Below, piece after piece: positions 34,801 to 49,800 of a stretch of 64,000 nt of DNA. Position 1 is the stretch's first letter. Each line of letters starts with the position of its first letter. Source of the DNA: Eledone cirrhosa (Eukaryota); the NCBI GenBank assembly GCA_964016885.1, contig OZ024744.1, positions 64,418,001 to 64,482,000 of the forward strand. The letters run 5' to 3'. The notes below the pieces were generated by a model that saw only the letters and a program-made list of their open reading frames with translations, was not told where the DNA came from and searched no databases. The position numbers and the translations under genes are program-made.

Positions 34801-37800
34801 ACCGAGAGAGCACTAGGTAAGGTTTGTTGTTATCTTAAACAGATTGAGGACTAAGTTCGGGTTGTGGTCCTCTTAAACAGAGAGAAGACTAGGTCAGGGT
34901 TGTTGTCATCTCAAATAGAGAAAGAAGTAGGTTAGGGTTGTTGTTATCTTAAACAGAGAGAGAACTAGGTTAGAGTTGTTGTCATCTTAAACAGAGAGAG
35001 GACTAGGTTAGGGTTGTTGTTATCTAAAACTGAGAGAGGACTAGGTTAGGGTTGTTGTTATTTTAAACTGAGACAGGAATAGGTTAGGGTTGTTATCTTA
35101 AACAGAGAGAGAACTAGGTCAGGATTGTTGATATCTTAAACTGAGAGAGGACTAGGTTACGGTTCTTGTTATCTTAAACTGAGAGAGGACTAGGCTAGGG
35201 TTGTGGTCCTCTTAAACAGAGAGAGGACTAGCTAAGGGTTGTTGTTATCTTAAACTGAGAGATAACTAGGTCAGGGTTGTTGCTATCTTAAACAGAGAGA
35301 GGACGAGGTTAGGGTTGTTGTTATTTTAAACTGAGACAGGAATAAGTTAGGGTTGGTGTTATCTTAAACTGAGAGAGGAATAGGTTAGGGTTGTTGTTAC
35401 CTTAAACTGAGAGAGCACTAGGTTAGGGTTGTTGTCATCTTAAACTGAGAGGAGACTAGGTTAGGGTTGTTGTTATCTTAAACAGGGAGATGACTAGGTT
35501 AGGGTTGTTGTCATCTTAAACAGAGAGAGGACTAGGTTAGAGTTGTGGTCCTCTTAAACAGAGAGAACTAGGTCAGGGTTGTTGTTATCTTAAACAGAGA
35601 GAGAACTAGGTTAGGGTTGTTGTTATCTTAAACAGCGAGAGGACTAGGTTAGGGTTGTTTTCATCTTAAACAGAGAGAGAACTAGGTCAGGGTTGTTGTC
35701 ATCTTAAACAGAGAGAGAACTAGGTCAGGGTTGTTGTCATCTTAAACTGAGAAAGAACTAGGTTAGGGTTGTTGTCATCTTAAACTGAGAGAGAACTAGG
35801 TTAGGGTTGTTGTCATCTTAAACTGAGAGAGAACTAGGTTAGAGTTGTCATCTGAAACTGAGAGAACTAGGTTAGGGTTGTTGTCATCTTAAACTGAGAG
35901 AGAACCAGGTCAGGGTTGTTGTCATCTTAAACAGAGAGAGAACTAGGGTAGGGTTGTTGTCATCTGAAACTGAGAGATAACTAGGTCACGGTTGTTATCT
36001 TAAACTGAGAGAGAACTATGTCAGAATTGTTATTATCTTAAACAGAGAGAACTAGGTTAGAGTTGTGGTCCTCTTAAACTGAGAGGGAACTAGGTTAGGG
36101 TTGTTATCTTAAACTGAGAGAGAACTAGGTTAGAGTTGTTGTTATCTTAAACTGAGAGAGAACTAGGTTAGAGTTGTTGTCATCTTAAACTGAGAGGGAA
36201 CTAGGTCAGGGTTGTTGTCATCTTAAACTGAGAGGAAACTAGGTTTGGGTTGTTATCTTAAACAGAGAGGACTAGGTTAGGGTTGTTGTTATCTTAAACA
36301 GAGAGGACTAGGTTAGGGTTGTTGTTATCTTAAACTGAGAGGGAACTAGGTTAGGGTTGTTGTTATCTTAAACTGAGAGAGAACTAGGTCAGGGTTGTTG
36401 TTACCTTAAACTGAGCAAGCACTAGGTTAGGGTTGTTGTCATCTTAAACTGAGAGGGAACCAGGTTAGGGTTGTTGTTACCTTAAACTGAGAGAAAACTA
36501 GGTTAGAGTTGTTGTTATCTTAAACTAGGTCAGGGTTGTTGTTATCTTAAACTGAGAGAGGACTAGGTTAGGGTTGTTGTCATCTTAAACTGAGAGAGGA
36601 ATAGCTTAGGGTTGTTGTTATGTAAAACAGAGAGAGGACTAGGTCAGAGTTGTTGTCATCTTAAACTGCGAGAGGACAAGGTTAGGGTAGTTGTTATCTT
36701 AAACTGAGAGAGAACTAGGTCAGGTTTGTTGTTATCTTAAACAGAGAGAGAACTAGGTCTGGGTTGTTGTCATCTTAAACAGAGAGAGGAATAAGTCAGG
36801 GTTGTTATCTTAAATTGAGAGAGGACTAGGTTAGGGTAATTGTTATCTTAAACTGAGAGAGAAGTAGGTCAGGGTTGTTGTTACCTTAAACTGAGAGAGG
36901 GCTAGGTCATGGGTTGTTGTTATCTTAAACTGAGAGGAGACTAGGATAGGGTTGTTGTCATCTTAAACAGAGAGAGGAATAGGTTAGGGTTGTCATCTTA
37001 AACAGAGAGAGGACGAGGTTAGGGTTGTTGTCATCTTAAACTGAGAGAGAACTAGGTCGCGGTTGTTATCTTAAACAGAGAGAACTATGTCAGAATTGTT
37101 ATTATCTTAAACAGAGAGAACTAGGTTAGATTTGTCATCTTAAACTGAGAGAGGACTAGGTCAGGGTTGTTGTTATATTAAATTAAGAGAGAACTAGGTC
37201 AAGGTTGATGTTATGTTAAACAGAGAGAGGACTAGCTTAGGGTTGTTGTCATCTTAAACAGAGAGAGGACTAGATTAGGGTTGTTGTCATCTTAAACTGA
37301 GAGAGGACTAGGTCAGGGTTGTTGTTACCTTAAACTGAGAGAGAACTAGGTCAGGGTTGTTGCTATCTAAAACAGAGAGGACTAGGCTAGGGTTGTTGTT
37401 ATTTTAAACTGAGAGAGTAATAGGTTAGGGTTGGTTTTATCTTAAACAGAAAGAGAACTAGGTTAGAGTTGTTGTCATCTTAAACAGGGAGAGGACTAGG
37501 TTAGGGTTGTTGTTATGTAAAACTGAGAGAGGACTAGGTTAAGGTTGTTGTCATCTTAAACAGAGAGAGGAATAGGTTAGGATTGTTGTCATCTTAAACT
37601 GTGAGAGGACTAGGTTAGGGTTGTTGTCATCTTAAACTGAGAGAGGAATAGCTTAGGGTTGTTGTTATGTAAAACAGAGAGAGGACTAGGTCAGGGTTGT
37701 TGTTATCTTAAACTGCGAGAGGACAAGGTTAGGGTAGTTGTTATCTTAAACTGAGAGAGAACTAGGTCAGGTTTGTTATCTTAAACAGAGAGAGAACTAG

Positions 37801-40800
37801 GTCAGGGTTGTTGTTATCTTAAACAGAGAGAGGACTAGATTAGGGTTGTTGTCATCTTAAACTGAGAGAGGACTAGGTCAGGGTTGTTGTTACCTTAAAC
37901 TGAGAGAGGACTAGGTCAGGGTTGTTGTTACCTTAAACTGAGAGAGGACTAGGTCAGGGTTGTTGTTATCTTAAACAGAGAGAGAACTAGGTCAGGGTTG
38001 TTGTTATCCTAAACTGAGAGAGAACTAGGTCAGGGTTGTTGCTATCTTAAACAGAGAGAGGACTAGGCTAGGGTTGTTGTTATTTTAAACTGAGAGAGTA
38101 ATAGGTTAGGGTTGGTTTTATCTTAAACAGAGAGAGAACTAGGTTAGGGTTGTTGTCATCTTAAACAGAGAGAGGACTAGATTAGGGTTGTTGTCATTTT
38201 AAACTGAGAGAGAACTAGGTCAGGGTTGTTGTTACCTTAAACTGAGAGAGGGCTAGGTCATGGGTTCTTGTTATCTTAAACTGAGAGGAGACTAGGATAG
38301 GGTTGTTGTCATCTTAAACAGAGAGAGGAATAGGTTAGGGTTGTTGTCATCTTAAACAGAGAGAGGACTAGGTTAGGGTTGTTGTAATCTTAAACTGAGA
38401 GAGAACTAGGTCACGGTTGTTATCTTAAACAGAGAGAACTATGTCAGAATTGTTATTATCTTAAACAGAGATAACTAGGTTAGATTTGTCATCTTAAACT
38501 AAGAGTGAACTAGGTCAGGGTTGTTGTTATATTAAATTAAGAGAGAACTAGGTCAAGGTTGATGTTATGTTAAACAGAGAGAGGACTAGCTTAGGGTTGT
38601 TGTCATCTTAAACTGAGAGAGGACTAGATTAGGGTTGTTGTCATCTTAAACTGCGAGAGGACTAGGTCAGGGTTGTTGTTACCTTAAACTGAGAGAGGAC
38701 TAGGTCAGGGTTGTTGTCATCTTAAACTGAGAGAGAAGTAGGTTAGGGTTGTTGTTATATTAAACTGAGAGAGAACTAGGTCAGGGTTGTTGCTATCTTA
38801 AACAGAGAGAGGACTAGGTTAGGGTTGGTGTTATCTTAAACAGAGAGAGGACTAGGTAGGGTTGTGGTCCTCTTAAACAGAGAGTGAACAAGGTTAGGGT
38901 TGTTATCTTAAACTGAGAGAGAACTAGGTCAGGGTTCTTGCTATCTTAAACAGAGAGAGGACTAGGTTAGGGTAGTTGTTATGTTAAACTGAGAGAGGAC
39001 TAGATCAGGGTTGTTTTCATCTTAAACAGAGAGAGGACTAGGTTAGGGTAGTTGTTGTTAAACTGAGAGAGAACTAGGTCAGTGTTGTTGTCATCTTAAA
39101 CTGAGAGAGGACTAGGTTAGGGTTGCTGTTATCTTAAACTGAGAGAGAACTAGGTTAGGGTTGTTGTTATCTTAAACTGAGAGAGGACTAGGTCAGGGTT
39201 GTTGTTATCTTAAACAGAGAGAGGACTAGGTTAGGGTTGTTGTTATGTAAAACTGAGAGAGGACTAGGTTAAGGTTGTTGTCATCTTAAACAGAGAGAGG
39301 AATAGGTTAGGATTGTTGTCATCTTAAACTGTGAGAGGACTAGGTTAGGGTTGTTGTCATCTTAAACTGAGAGAGGAATAGCTTAGGGTTGTTGTTATGT
39401 AAAACAGAGAGAGGACTAGGTCAGGGTTGTTGTCATCTTAAACTGCGAGAGGACAAGGTTAGGGTAGTTGTTATCTTAAACTGAGAGAGAACTAGGTCAG
39501 GTTTGTTGTTATCTTAAACAGAGAGAGAACTAGGTCAGGGTTGTTGTTATCTTAAACAGAGAGAGGACTAGATTAGGGTTGTTGTCATCTTAAACTGAGA
39601 GAGGACTAGGTCAGGGTTGTTGTTACCTTAAACTGAGAGAGGACTAGGTCAGGGTTGTTGTTACCTTAAACTGAGAGAGGACTAGGTCAGGGTTGTTATC
39701 TTAAACAGAGAGAGAACTAGGTCAGGGTTGTTATCTTAAACTGAGAGAGAACTAGGTCAGGGTTGTTGCTATCTTAAACAGAGAGAGGACTAGGCTAGGG
39801 TTGTTGTTATTTTAAACTGAGAGAGTAATAGGTTAGGGTTGGTTTTATCTTAAACAGAGAGAGAACTAGGTTAGGGTTGTTGTCATCTTAAACAGAGAGA
39901 GGACTAGATTAGGGTTGTTGTCATTTTAAACTGAGAGAGAACTAGGTCAGGGTTGTTGTTACCTTAAACTGAGAGAGGGCTAGGTCATGGGTTCTTGTTA
40001 TCTTAAACTGAGAGGAGACTAGGATAGGGTTGTTATCATCTTAAACAGAGAGAGGAATAGGTTAGGGTTGTTGTCATCTTAAACAGAGAGAGGACTAGGT
40101 TAGGGTTGTTGTAATCTTAAACTGAGAGAGAACTAGGTCACGGTTGTTATCTTAAACAGAGAGAACTATGTCAGAATTGTTATTATCTTAAACAGAGATA
40201 ACTAGGTTAGATTTGTCATCTTAAACTAAGAGTGAACTAGGTCAGGGTTGTTGTTATATTAAATTAAGAGAGAACTAGGTCAAGGTTGATGTTATGTTAA
40301 ACAGAGAGAGGACTAGCTTAGGGTTGTTGTCATCTTAAACAGAGAGAGGACTAGATTAGGGTTGTTGTCATCTTAAACTGCGAGAGGACTAGGTCAGGGT
40401 TGTTGTTACCTTAAACTGAGAGAGGACTAGGTCAGGGTTGTTGTCATCTTAAACTGAGAGAGAAGTAGGTTAGGGTTGTTGTTATATTAAACTGAGAGAG
40501 AACTAGGTCAGGGTTGTTGCTATCTTAAACAGAGAGAGGACTAGGTTAGGGTTGGTGTTATCTTAAACAGAGAGAGGACTAGGTAGGGTTGTGGTCCTCT
40601 TAAACAGAGAGTGAACAAGGTTAGGGTTGTTATCTTAAACTGAGAGAGAACTAGGTCAGGGTTCTTGCTATCTTAAACAGAGAGAGGACTAGGTTAGGGT
40701 AGTTGTTATGTTAAACTGAGAGAGGACTAGATCAGGGTTGTTTTCATCTTAAACAGAGAGAGGACTAGGTTAGGGTAGTTGTTGTTAAACTGAGAGAGAA

Positions 40801-43800
40801 CTAGGTCAGTGTTGTTGTCATCTTAAACTGAGAGAGGACTAGGTTAGGGTTGCTGTTATCTTAAACTGAGAGAGAACTAGGTTAGGGTTGTTGTTATCTT
40901 AAACTGAGAGAGGACTAGGTCAGGGTTGTTGTTATCTTAAACAGAGAGAGGACTAGGTTAGGGTTGTTGTCATCTTAAACTGAGAGAACTAAGTTAGGGT
41001 TGTTGTCATCTTAAACTGAGAGAGAACTAGGTTACGGTTGTTGTCATCTTAAACTGAGAGAGAACTAGGTCACGGTTGTTATCTTAAACAGAGAGAGGAC
41101 TAGGTTAGGGTTGTTGCTATCTTAAACTGAGAGAGAATTAGGTCAGGGTTGTTGTTATCTTAAACAGGGAGATGACTAGGTTAGGGTTGTTGTCATCTTA
41201 AACAGAGAGAGGACTAGGTTAGAGTTGTGGTCCTCTTAAACAGAGAGAGAACTAGGTCAGGGTTGTTGTTATCTTAAACAGAGAGAGAACTAGGTTAGGG
41301 TTGTTGTTATCTTAAACAGAGAGAGGACTAGGTTAGGGCTGTTTTCATCTTAAACAGAGAGAGAACTAGGTCAGGGTTGTTGTCATCTTAAACAGAGAGA
41401 GAACTAGGTCAGGGTTGTTGTCATCTTAAACTGAGAAAGAACTAGGTTAGGGTTGTTGTCATCTTAAACTGAGAGAGAACTAGGTTAGGGTTGTTGTCAT
41501 CTTAAACTGAGAGAGAACTAGGTTAGAGTTGTCATCTGAAACTGAGAGAACTAGGTTAGGGTTGTTGTCATCTTAAACTGAGAGAGAACCAGGTCAGGGT
41601 TGTTATCTTAAACAGAGAGAGAACTAGGGTAGGGTTGTTGTCATCTGAAACTGAGAGATAACTAGGTCACGGTTGTTATCTTAAACCGAGAGAGAACTAT
41701 GTCAGAATTGTTATTATCTCTGGTCCTCTTAAACTGAGAGGGAACTAGGTTAGGGTTGTTGTTATCTTAAACTGAGAGAGAACTAGGTTAGAGTTGTTGT
41801 TATCTTAAACTGAGAGAGAACTAGGTTAGAGTTGTTGTCATCTTAAACTGAGAGGGAACTAGGTCAGGGTTGTTATCTTAAACAGAGAGGACTAGGCTAG
41901 GGTTGTTGTCATCTTAAATTGAGAGAGGACTAGGTTAGGGTTGTTGTCATCTTAAACTGAGAGAGGACTAGGTCAGGGTTGTTGTTATCTTAAACTGAGA
42001 GGGAACTAGGTTAGGGTTGTTGTTATCTTAAACTGAGAGAGAACTAGGTCAGGGTTGTTGTTACCTTAAACTGAGCGAGCACTAGGTTAGGGTTGTTGTC
42101 ATCTTAAACTGAGAGGGAACCAGGTTAGGGTTGTTGTTACCTTAAACTGAGAGAAAACTAGGTTAGAGCTGTTGTTATCTTAAACTAGGTCAGGGTTGTT
42201 GTTATCTTAAACAGAGATAGGACTAGGTTAGGGTAATTGTTATGTTAAACTGAGAGGAGGCTAGGTTAGGGTTGTTCTCATCTTAAACTGAGAGAGGACT
42301 ACGTCAGGGTAGAGGACTTGTTAAACAGAGAGAGGACTAGGTCAGGGTTGTTATCTAAAACCGAGAGAGCACTAGGTAAGGGTTGTTGTTATCTTAAACA
42401 GATTGAGGACTAAGTTCGGGTTGTGGTCCTCTTAAACAGAGAGAAGACTAGGTCAGGGTTGTTGTCATCTCAAATAGAGAAAGAAGTAGGTTAGGGTTGT
42501 TGTTATCTTAAACAGAGAGAGAACTAGGTTAGAGTTGTTGTCATCTTAAACAGAGAGAGGACTAGGTTAGGGTTGTTGTTATCTAAAACAGAGAGAGGAC
42601 TAGGTTAGGGTTGTTGTTATTTTAAACTGAGACAGGAATAGGTTAGGGTTGTTATCTTAAACAGAGAGAGAACTAGGTCAGGATTGTTGATATCTTAAAC
42701 TGAGAGAGGACTAGGTTAGGGTTCTTGTTATCTTAAACTGAGAGAGAACTAGGTCAGGTTTGTTGTTATCTTAAACAGAGAGAGAACTAGGTCTGGGTTG
42801 TTGTCATCTTAAACAGAGAGAGGAATAAGTCAGGGTTGTTATCTTAAATTGAGAGAGGACTAGGTTAGAGTAATTGTTATCTTAAACTGAGAGAGAAGTA
42901 GGTCAGGGTTGTTGTTACCTTAAACTGAGAGAGGGCTAGGTCATGGGTTGTTGTTATCTTAAACTGAGAGGAGACTAGGATAGGGTTGTTGTCATCTTAA
43001 ACAGAGAGAGGAATAGGTTAGGGTTGTTATCTTAAACAGAGAGAGGGCGAGGTTAGGGTTGTTGTCATCTTAAACTGAGAGAGAACTAGGTCGCGGTTGT
43101 TATCTTAAACAGAGAGAACTATGTCACAATTGTTATCTTAAACAGAGAGAACTAGGTTAGATTTGTCATCTTAAACTGAGAGAGGACGAGGTCAGGGTTG
43201 TTGTTATATTAAATTAAGAGAGAACTAGGTCAAGGTTGATGTTATGTTAAACAGAGAGAGGACTAGCTTAGGGTTGTTGTCATCTTAAACTGAGAGAGGA
43301 CTAGGTCAGGGTTGTTGTTACCTTAAACTGAGAGAGGACTAGGTCAGGGTTGTTGTTACCTTAAACTGAGAGGACTAGGTCAGGGTTGTTGTTATCTTAA
43401 ACAGAGAGAGGACTAGATTAGGGTTGTTGTCATCTTAAACTGAGAGAGGACTAGGTCAGGGTTGTTGTTACCTTAAACTGAGAGAGGACTAGGTCAGGGT
43501 TGTTGTTACCTTAAACTGAGAGAGGACTAGGTCAGGGTTGTTGTTATCTTAAACAGAGAGAACTAGGTCAGGGTTGTTGTTATCTTAAACTGAGAGAGAA
43601 CTAGGTCAGGGTTGTTGCTATCTTAAACAGAGAGAGGACTAGGCTAGGGTTGTTGTTATTTTAAACTGAGAGAGTAATAGGTTAGGGTTGGTTTTATCTT
43701 AAACAGAGAGAGAACTAGGTTAGGGTTGTTGTCATCTTAAACAGAGAGAGGACTAGATTAGGGTTGTTGTCATTTTAAACTGAGAGAGAACTAGGTCAGG

Positions 43801-46800
43801 GTTGTTGTCATTTTAAACTGAGAGAGAACTAGGTCAGGGTTCTTGTTATCTTAAACTGAGAGGAGAGTAGGATAGGGTTGTTGTCATATTAAACAGAGAG
43901 AGAACTAGGTCACGGTTGTTATCTTAAACAGAGAGAACTATGTCAGAATTGTTATTATCTTAAACAGAGATAACTAGGTTAGATTTGTCATCTTAAACTG
44001 AGAGTGAACTAGGTCAGGGTTGTTATATTAAATTAAGAGAGAACTAGGTCAAGGTTGATGTTATGTTAAACAGAGAGAGGACTAGCTTAGGGTTGTTGTC
44101 ATCTTAAACAGAGAGAGGACTAGATTAGGGTTGTTGTCATCTTAAACTGCGAGAGGACTAGGTCAGGGTTGTTGTTACCTTAAACTGAGAGAGGACTAGG
44201 TCAGGGTTGTTGTCATCTTAAACTGAGAGAGAAGTAGGTTAGGGTTGTTGTTATATTAAACTGAGAGAGAACTAGGTCAGGGTTGTTGCTATCTTAAACA
44301 GAGAGAGGACTAGGTTAGGGTTGGTGTTATCTTAAACAGAGAGAGGACTAGCTAAGGGTTGTTGTTATCTTAAACTGAGAGATAACTAGGTCAGGGTTGT
44401 TGCTATCTTAAACAGAGAGAGGACGAGGTTAGGGTTGTTGTTATTTTAAACTGAGACAGGAATAGGTTAGGGTTGGTGTTACCTTAAACTGAGAGAGCAC
44501 TAGGTTAGGGTTGTTGTCATCTTAAACTGAGAGGAGACTAGGTTAGGGTTGTTGTTATCTTAAACAGGGAGATGACTAGGTTAGGGTTGTTGTCATCTTA
44601 AACAGAGAGAGGACTAGGTTAGAGTTGTGGTCCTCTTAAACAGAGAGAGAACTAGGTCAGGGTTGTTGTTATCTTAAACAGAGAGAGAACTAGGTTAGGG
44701 TTGTTGTTATCTTAAACAGAGAGAGGACTAGGTTAGGGTTGTTTTCATCTTAAACAGAGAGAGAACTAGGTCAGGGTTGTTGTCATCTTAAACAGAGAGA
44801 GAACTAGGTCAGGGTTGTTGTCATCTTAAACTGAGAAAGAACTAGGTTAGGGTTGTTGTCATCTTAAACTGAGAGAGAACTAGGTTAGGGTTGTTGTCAT
44901 CTTAAACTGAGAGAGAACTAGGTCACGGTTGTTATCTTAAACTGAGAGAGAACTATGTCAGAATTGTTATTATCTTAAACAGAGAGAACTAGGTTAGAGT
45001 TGTGGTCCTCTTAAACTGAGAGGGAACTAGGTTAGGGTTGTTGTTATCTTAAACTGAGAGAGAACTAGGTTAGAGTTGTTATCTTAAACTGAGAGAGAAC
45101 TAGGTTAGAGTTGTTGTCATCTTAAACTGAGAGGGGACTAGGTCAGGGTTGTTGTCATCTTAAACTGAGAGGAAACTAGGTTTGGGTTGTTATCTTAAAC
45201 AGAGAGGACTAGGTTAGGGTTGTTGTCATCTTAAATTGAGAGAGGACTAGGTTAGGGTTGTTGTCATCTTAAACTGAGAGGACTAGGCCAGGGTTGTTGT
45301 TATCTTAAACTGAGAGGGAACTAGGTTAGGGTTGTTGTTATCTTAAACTGAGAGAGAACTAGGTCAGGGTTGTTGTTATCTTAAACTGAGAGAGAACTAG
45401 GTCAGGGTTGTTGTTACCTTAAACTGAGCGAGCACTAGGTTAGGGTTGTTGTCATCTTAAACTGAGAGGGAACCAGGTTAGGGTTGTTGTTACCTTAAAC
45501 TGAGAGAAAACTAGGTTAGAGTTGTTGTTATCTTAAACTAGGTCAGGGTTGTTGTTATCTTAAACAGAGATAGGACTAGGTTAGGGTAATTGTTATGTTA
45601 AACTGAGAGGAGGCTAGGTTAGGGTTGTTCTCATCTTAAACTGAGAGAGGACTATGTCAGGGTAGTGGACTTGTTAAACAGAGAGAGGACTAGGTCAGGG
45701 TTGTTATCTAAAACCGAGAGAGCACTAGGTAAGGGTTGTTGTTATCTTAAATAGATTGAGGACTAAGTTATGGTTGTGGTCCTCTTAAACAGAGAGAAGA
45801 CTAGGTCAGGGTTGTTGTCATCTCAAACAGAGAAAGAAGTAGGTTAGGGTTGTTGTTATCTTAAACAGAGAGAGAACTAGGTTAGAGTTGTTGTCATCTT
45901 AAACAGAGAGAGGACTAGGTTAGGGTTGTTGTTATCTAAAACAGAGAGAGGACTAGGTTAGGGTTGTTGTTCTTTTAAACTGAGAGAGAACTAGGTTAGG
46001 GTTGTTGTTATTTTAAACTGAGACAGGAATAGGTTAGGGTTGTTATCTTAAACAGAGAGAGAACTAGGACAGGATTGTTGATATCTTAAACTGAGAGAGG
46101 ACTAGGTTAGGGTTCTTGTTATCTTAAACTGAGAGAGGACTAGGTTAGGGTTGTGGTCCTCTTAAACAGAGAGAGGACTAGATAAGGGTTGTTGTTATCT
46201 TAAACTGAGATATAACTAGGTCAGGGTTGTTGCTATCTTAAACAGAGAGAGGACGAGGTTAGGGTTGTTGTTATTATAAACTGAGACAGGAATAGGTTAG
46301 GGTTGGTGTTATCTTAAACTGAGAGAGGAATAGGTTAGGGTTGTTGTTACCTTAAACTGAGAGAGCACTAGGTTAGGGTTGTTGTCATCTTAAACTGAGA
46401 GGAGACTAGGTTAGGGTTGTTGTCATCTTAAACAGAGAGAGGACTAGGTTAGAGTTCTGGTCCTCTTAAACAGAGAGAGAACTAGGTCAGGGTTGTTGTT
46501 ATCTTAAACAGAGAGAGGACTAGGTTAGGGTTGTTTTCATCTTAAACAGAGAGAGAACTAGGTCAGGGTTGTTGTCATCTTAACCAGAGAGAGAACTAGG
46601 TCAGGGTTGTTGTCATCTTAAACTGAGAAAGAACTAGGTTAGGGTTGTTGTCATCTTAAACTGAGAGAGAACTAGGTTAGGGTTGTTATCTTAAACTGAG
46701 AGAGAACTAGGTTAGAGTTGTCATCTGAAACTAAGAGAACTAGGTTAGGGTTGTTGTCATCTTAAACTGAGAGAGAACCAGGTCAGGGTTGTTGTCATCT

Positions 46801-49800
46801 TAAACAGAGAGAGAGAGAACTAGGGTAGGGTTGTTGTCATCTGAAACTGAGAGATAACTAGGTCACGGTTGTTATCTTAAACTGAGAGAGAACTATGTCA
46901 GAATTGTTATTATCTTAAACAGAGAGAACTAGGTTAGAGTTGTGGTCCTCTTAAACTGAGAGGGAACTAGGTTAGGGTTGTTGTTATCTTAAACTGAGAG
47001 AGAACTAGGTTAGAGTTGTTGTCATCTTAAACTGAGAGGGAACTAGGTCAGGGTTGTTGTCATCTTAAACTGAGAGGAAACTAGGTTTGGGTTGTTATCT
47101 TAAACAGAGGACTAGGTTAGAGTTGTTGTCATCTTAAACTGAGAGAGGACTAGGTTAGGGTTGTTGTGATCTTAAACTGAGAGAGGACTAGGTCAGGGTT
47201 GTTGTTATCTTAAACTGAGAGGGAACTAGGTTAGGGTTGTTGTTATCTTAAACTGAGAGAGAACTAGGTCAGGGTTGTTGTTACCTTAAACTGAGCGAGC
47301 ACTAGGTTAGGGTTGTTGTCATCTTAAACTGAGAGGGAACCAGGTTAGTGTTGTTGTTACCTTAAACTGAGAGAAAACTAGGTTAGAGTTGTTGTTATCT
47401 AAAACTAGGTCAGGGTTGTTGTTATCTTAAACAGAGATAGGACTAGGTTAGGGTAATTGTTATGTTAAACTGAGAGGAGGCTAGGTTAGGGTTGTTCTCA
47501 TCTTAAACTGAGAGAGGACTAGGTCAGGGTAGTGGACTTGTTAAACAGAGAGAGGACTAGGTCAGGGTTGTTATCTAAAACCGAGAGAGCACTAGGTAAG
47601 GGTTGTTGTTATCTTAAACAGATTGAGGACTAAGTTATGGTTGTGGTCCTCTTAAACAGAGAGAAGACTAGGTCAGGGTTGTTGTCATCTCAAACAGAGA
47701 AAGAAGTAGGTTAGGGTTGTTGTTATCTTAAACAGAGAGAGAACTAGGTTAGAGTTGTTGTCATCTTAAACAGAGAGAGGACTAGGTTAGGGTTGTTGTT
47801 ATCTAAAACTGAGAGAGGACTAGGTTAGGGTTGTTGTTATTTTAAACTGAGAGAGAACTAGGTGAGGGTTGTTATTTTAAACTGAGACAGGAATAGGTTA
47901 GGGTTGTTATCTTAAACAGAGAGAGAACTAGGTCAGGATTGTTGATATCTTAAACTGAGAGAGGACTAGGTTAGGGTTCTTGTTATCTTAAACTGAGAGA
48001 GGACTAGGTTAGGGTTGTGGTCCTCTTAAACAGAGAGAGGACTAGGTTAGAGTTGTCATCTGAAACAGAGAGAACTAGGTTAGGGTTGTTGTCATCTTAA
48101 ACTGAGAGAGAGCCAGGTCAGGGTTGTTGTCATCTTAAACAGAGATAGAACTAGGGTAGGGTTGTTGTCATCTGAAACTGAGAGATAACTAGGTCACGGT
48201 TGTTATCTTAAACTGAGAGAGAACTATGTCAGAATTGTTATTATCTTAAACAGAGAGAATTAGGTTAGAGTTGTGGTCCTCTTAAACTGAGAGGGAACTA
48301 GGTTAGGGTTGTTGTTATCTTAAACTGAGAGAGAACTAGGTTAGAGTTGTTGTTATCTTAAACTGAGAGAGAACTAGGTTAGAGTTGTTTTCATCTTAAA
48401 CTGAGAGGGAACTAGGTCAGGGTTGTTGTCATCTTAAACTGAGAGGAAACTAGGTTTGGGTTGTTATCTTAAACAGAGAGGACTAGGTTAGGGTTGTTGT
48501 CATCTTAAGTTGAGAGAGGACTAGGTTAGGGTTGTTGTCATCTTAAACTGAGAGAGGACTAGGTCAGGGTTGTGGTCCTCTTAAACAGAGAGAAGACTAG
48601 GTCAGGGTTGTCGTCATCTCAAACAGAGAGAGAACTAGGTTAGAGTTGTTGTCATCTTAAACAGAGAGAGGACTAGGTTAGGGTTGTTATTTTAAACTGA
48701 GAGAGAACTAGGTTAGGGTTGTTGTTATCTAAAACTGAGAGAGGACTAGGTTAGGGTTGTTGTTATTTTAAACTGAGAGAGAACTAGGTTAGGGTTGTTG
48801 TTATTTTAAACTGAGACAGGAATAGGTTAGGGTTGGTGTTATCTTAAACTGAGAGAGAACTAGGTCAGGGTTGTTGTCATCTTAAACTGAGAAAGAACTA
48901 GGTTAGAGTTGTTGTCATCTTAAACTGAGAGAGAACTAGGTTAGGGTTGTTGTCATCTTAAACTGAGAGAGAACTAGGTTAGAGTTGTCATCTGAAACTG
49001 AGAGAACTAGGTTAGGGTTGTTGTCATCTTAAACAGAGAGAACCAGGTCAGGGTTGTTGTCATCTGAAACTGAGAGATAACTAGGTCACGGTTGTTATCT
49101 TAAACTGAGAGGGAACCAGGTTAGTGTTGTTGTTACCTTAAACTGAGAGAAAACTAGGTTAGAGTTGTTGTTATCTAAAACTAGGTCAGGGTTGTTGTTA
49201 TCTTAAACAGAGATAGGACTAGGTTAGGGTAATTGTTATGTTAAACTGAGAGGAGGCTAGGTTAGGGTTGTTCTCATCTTAAACTGAGAGAGGACTAGGT
49301 CAGGGTAGTGGACTTGTTAAACAGAGAGAGGACTAGGTCAGGGTTGTTATCTAAAACCGAGAGAGCACTAGGTTAGGGTTGTTGTTACCTTAAACTGAGA
49401 GAGCACTAGGTTAGGGTTGTTGTCATCTTAAACTGAGAGGAGACTAGGTTAGGGTTGTTGTTATCTTAAACAGAGAGATGACTAGGTTAGGGTTGTTGTC
49501 ATCTTAAACAGAGAGAGGACTAGGTTAGAGTTGTGGTCCTCTTAAACAGAGAGAGAACTAGGTCAGGGTTGTTGTTATCTTAAACAGAGAGAGAACTAGG
49601 TTAGGGTTGTTATCTTAAACAGAGAGAGAACTAGGTCAGGGTTGTTGTCATCTTAAACAGAGAGAGAACTAGGTCAGGGTTGTTGTCATCTTAAACTGAG
49701 AAAGAACTAGGTTAGAGTTGTTGTCATCTTAAACTGAGAGAGAACTAGGTTAGGGTTGTTGTCATCTTAAACTGAGAGAGAACTAGGTTAGAGTTGTCAT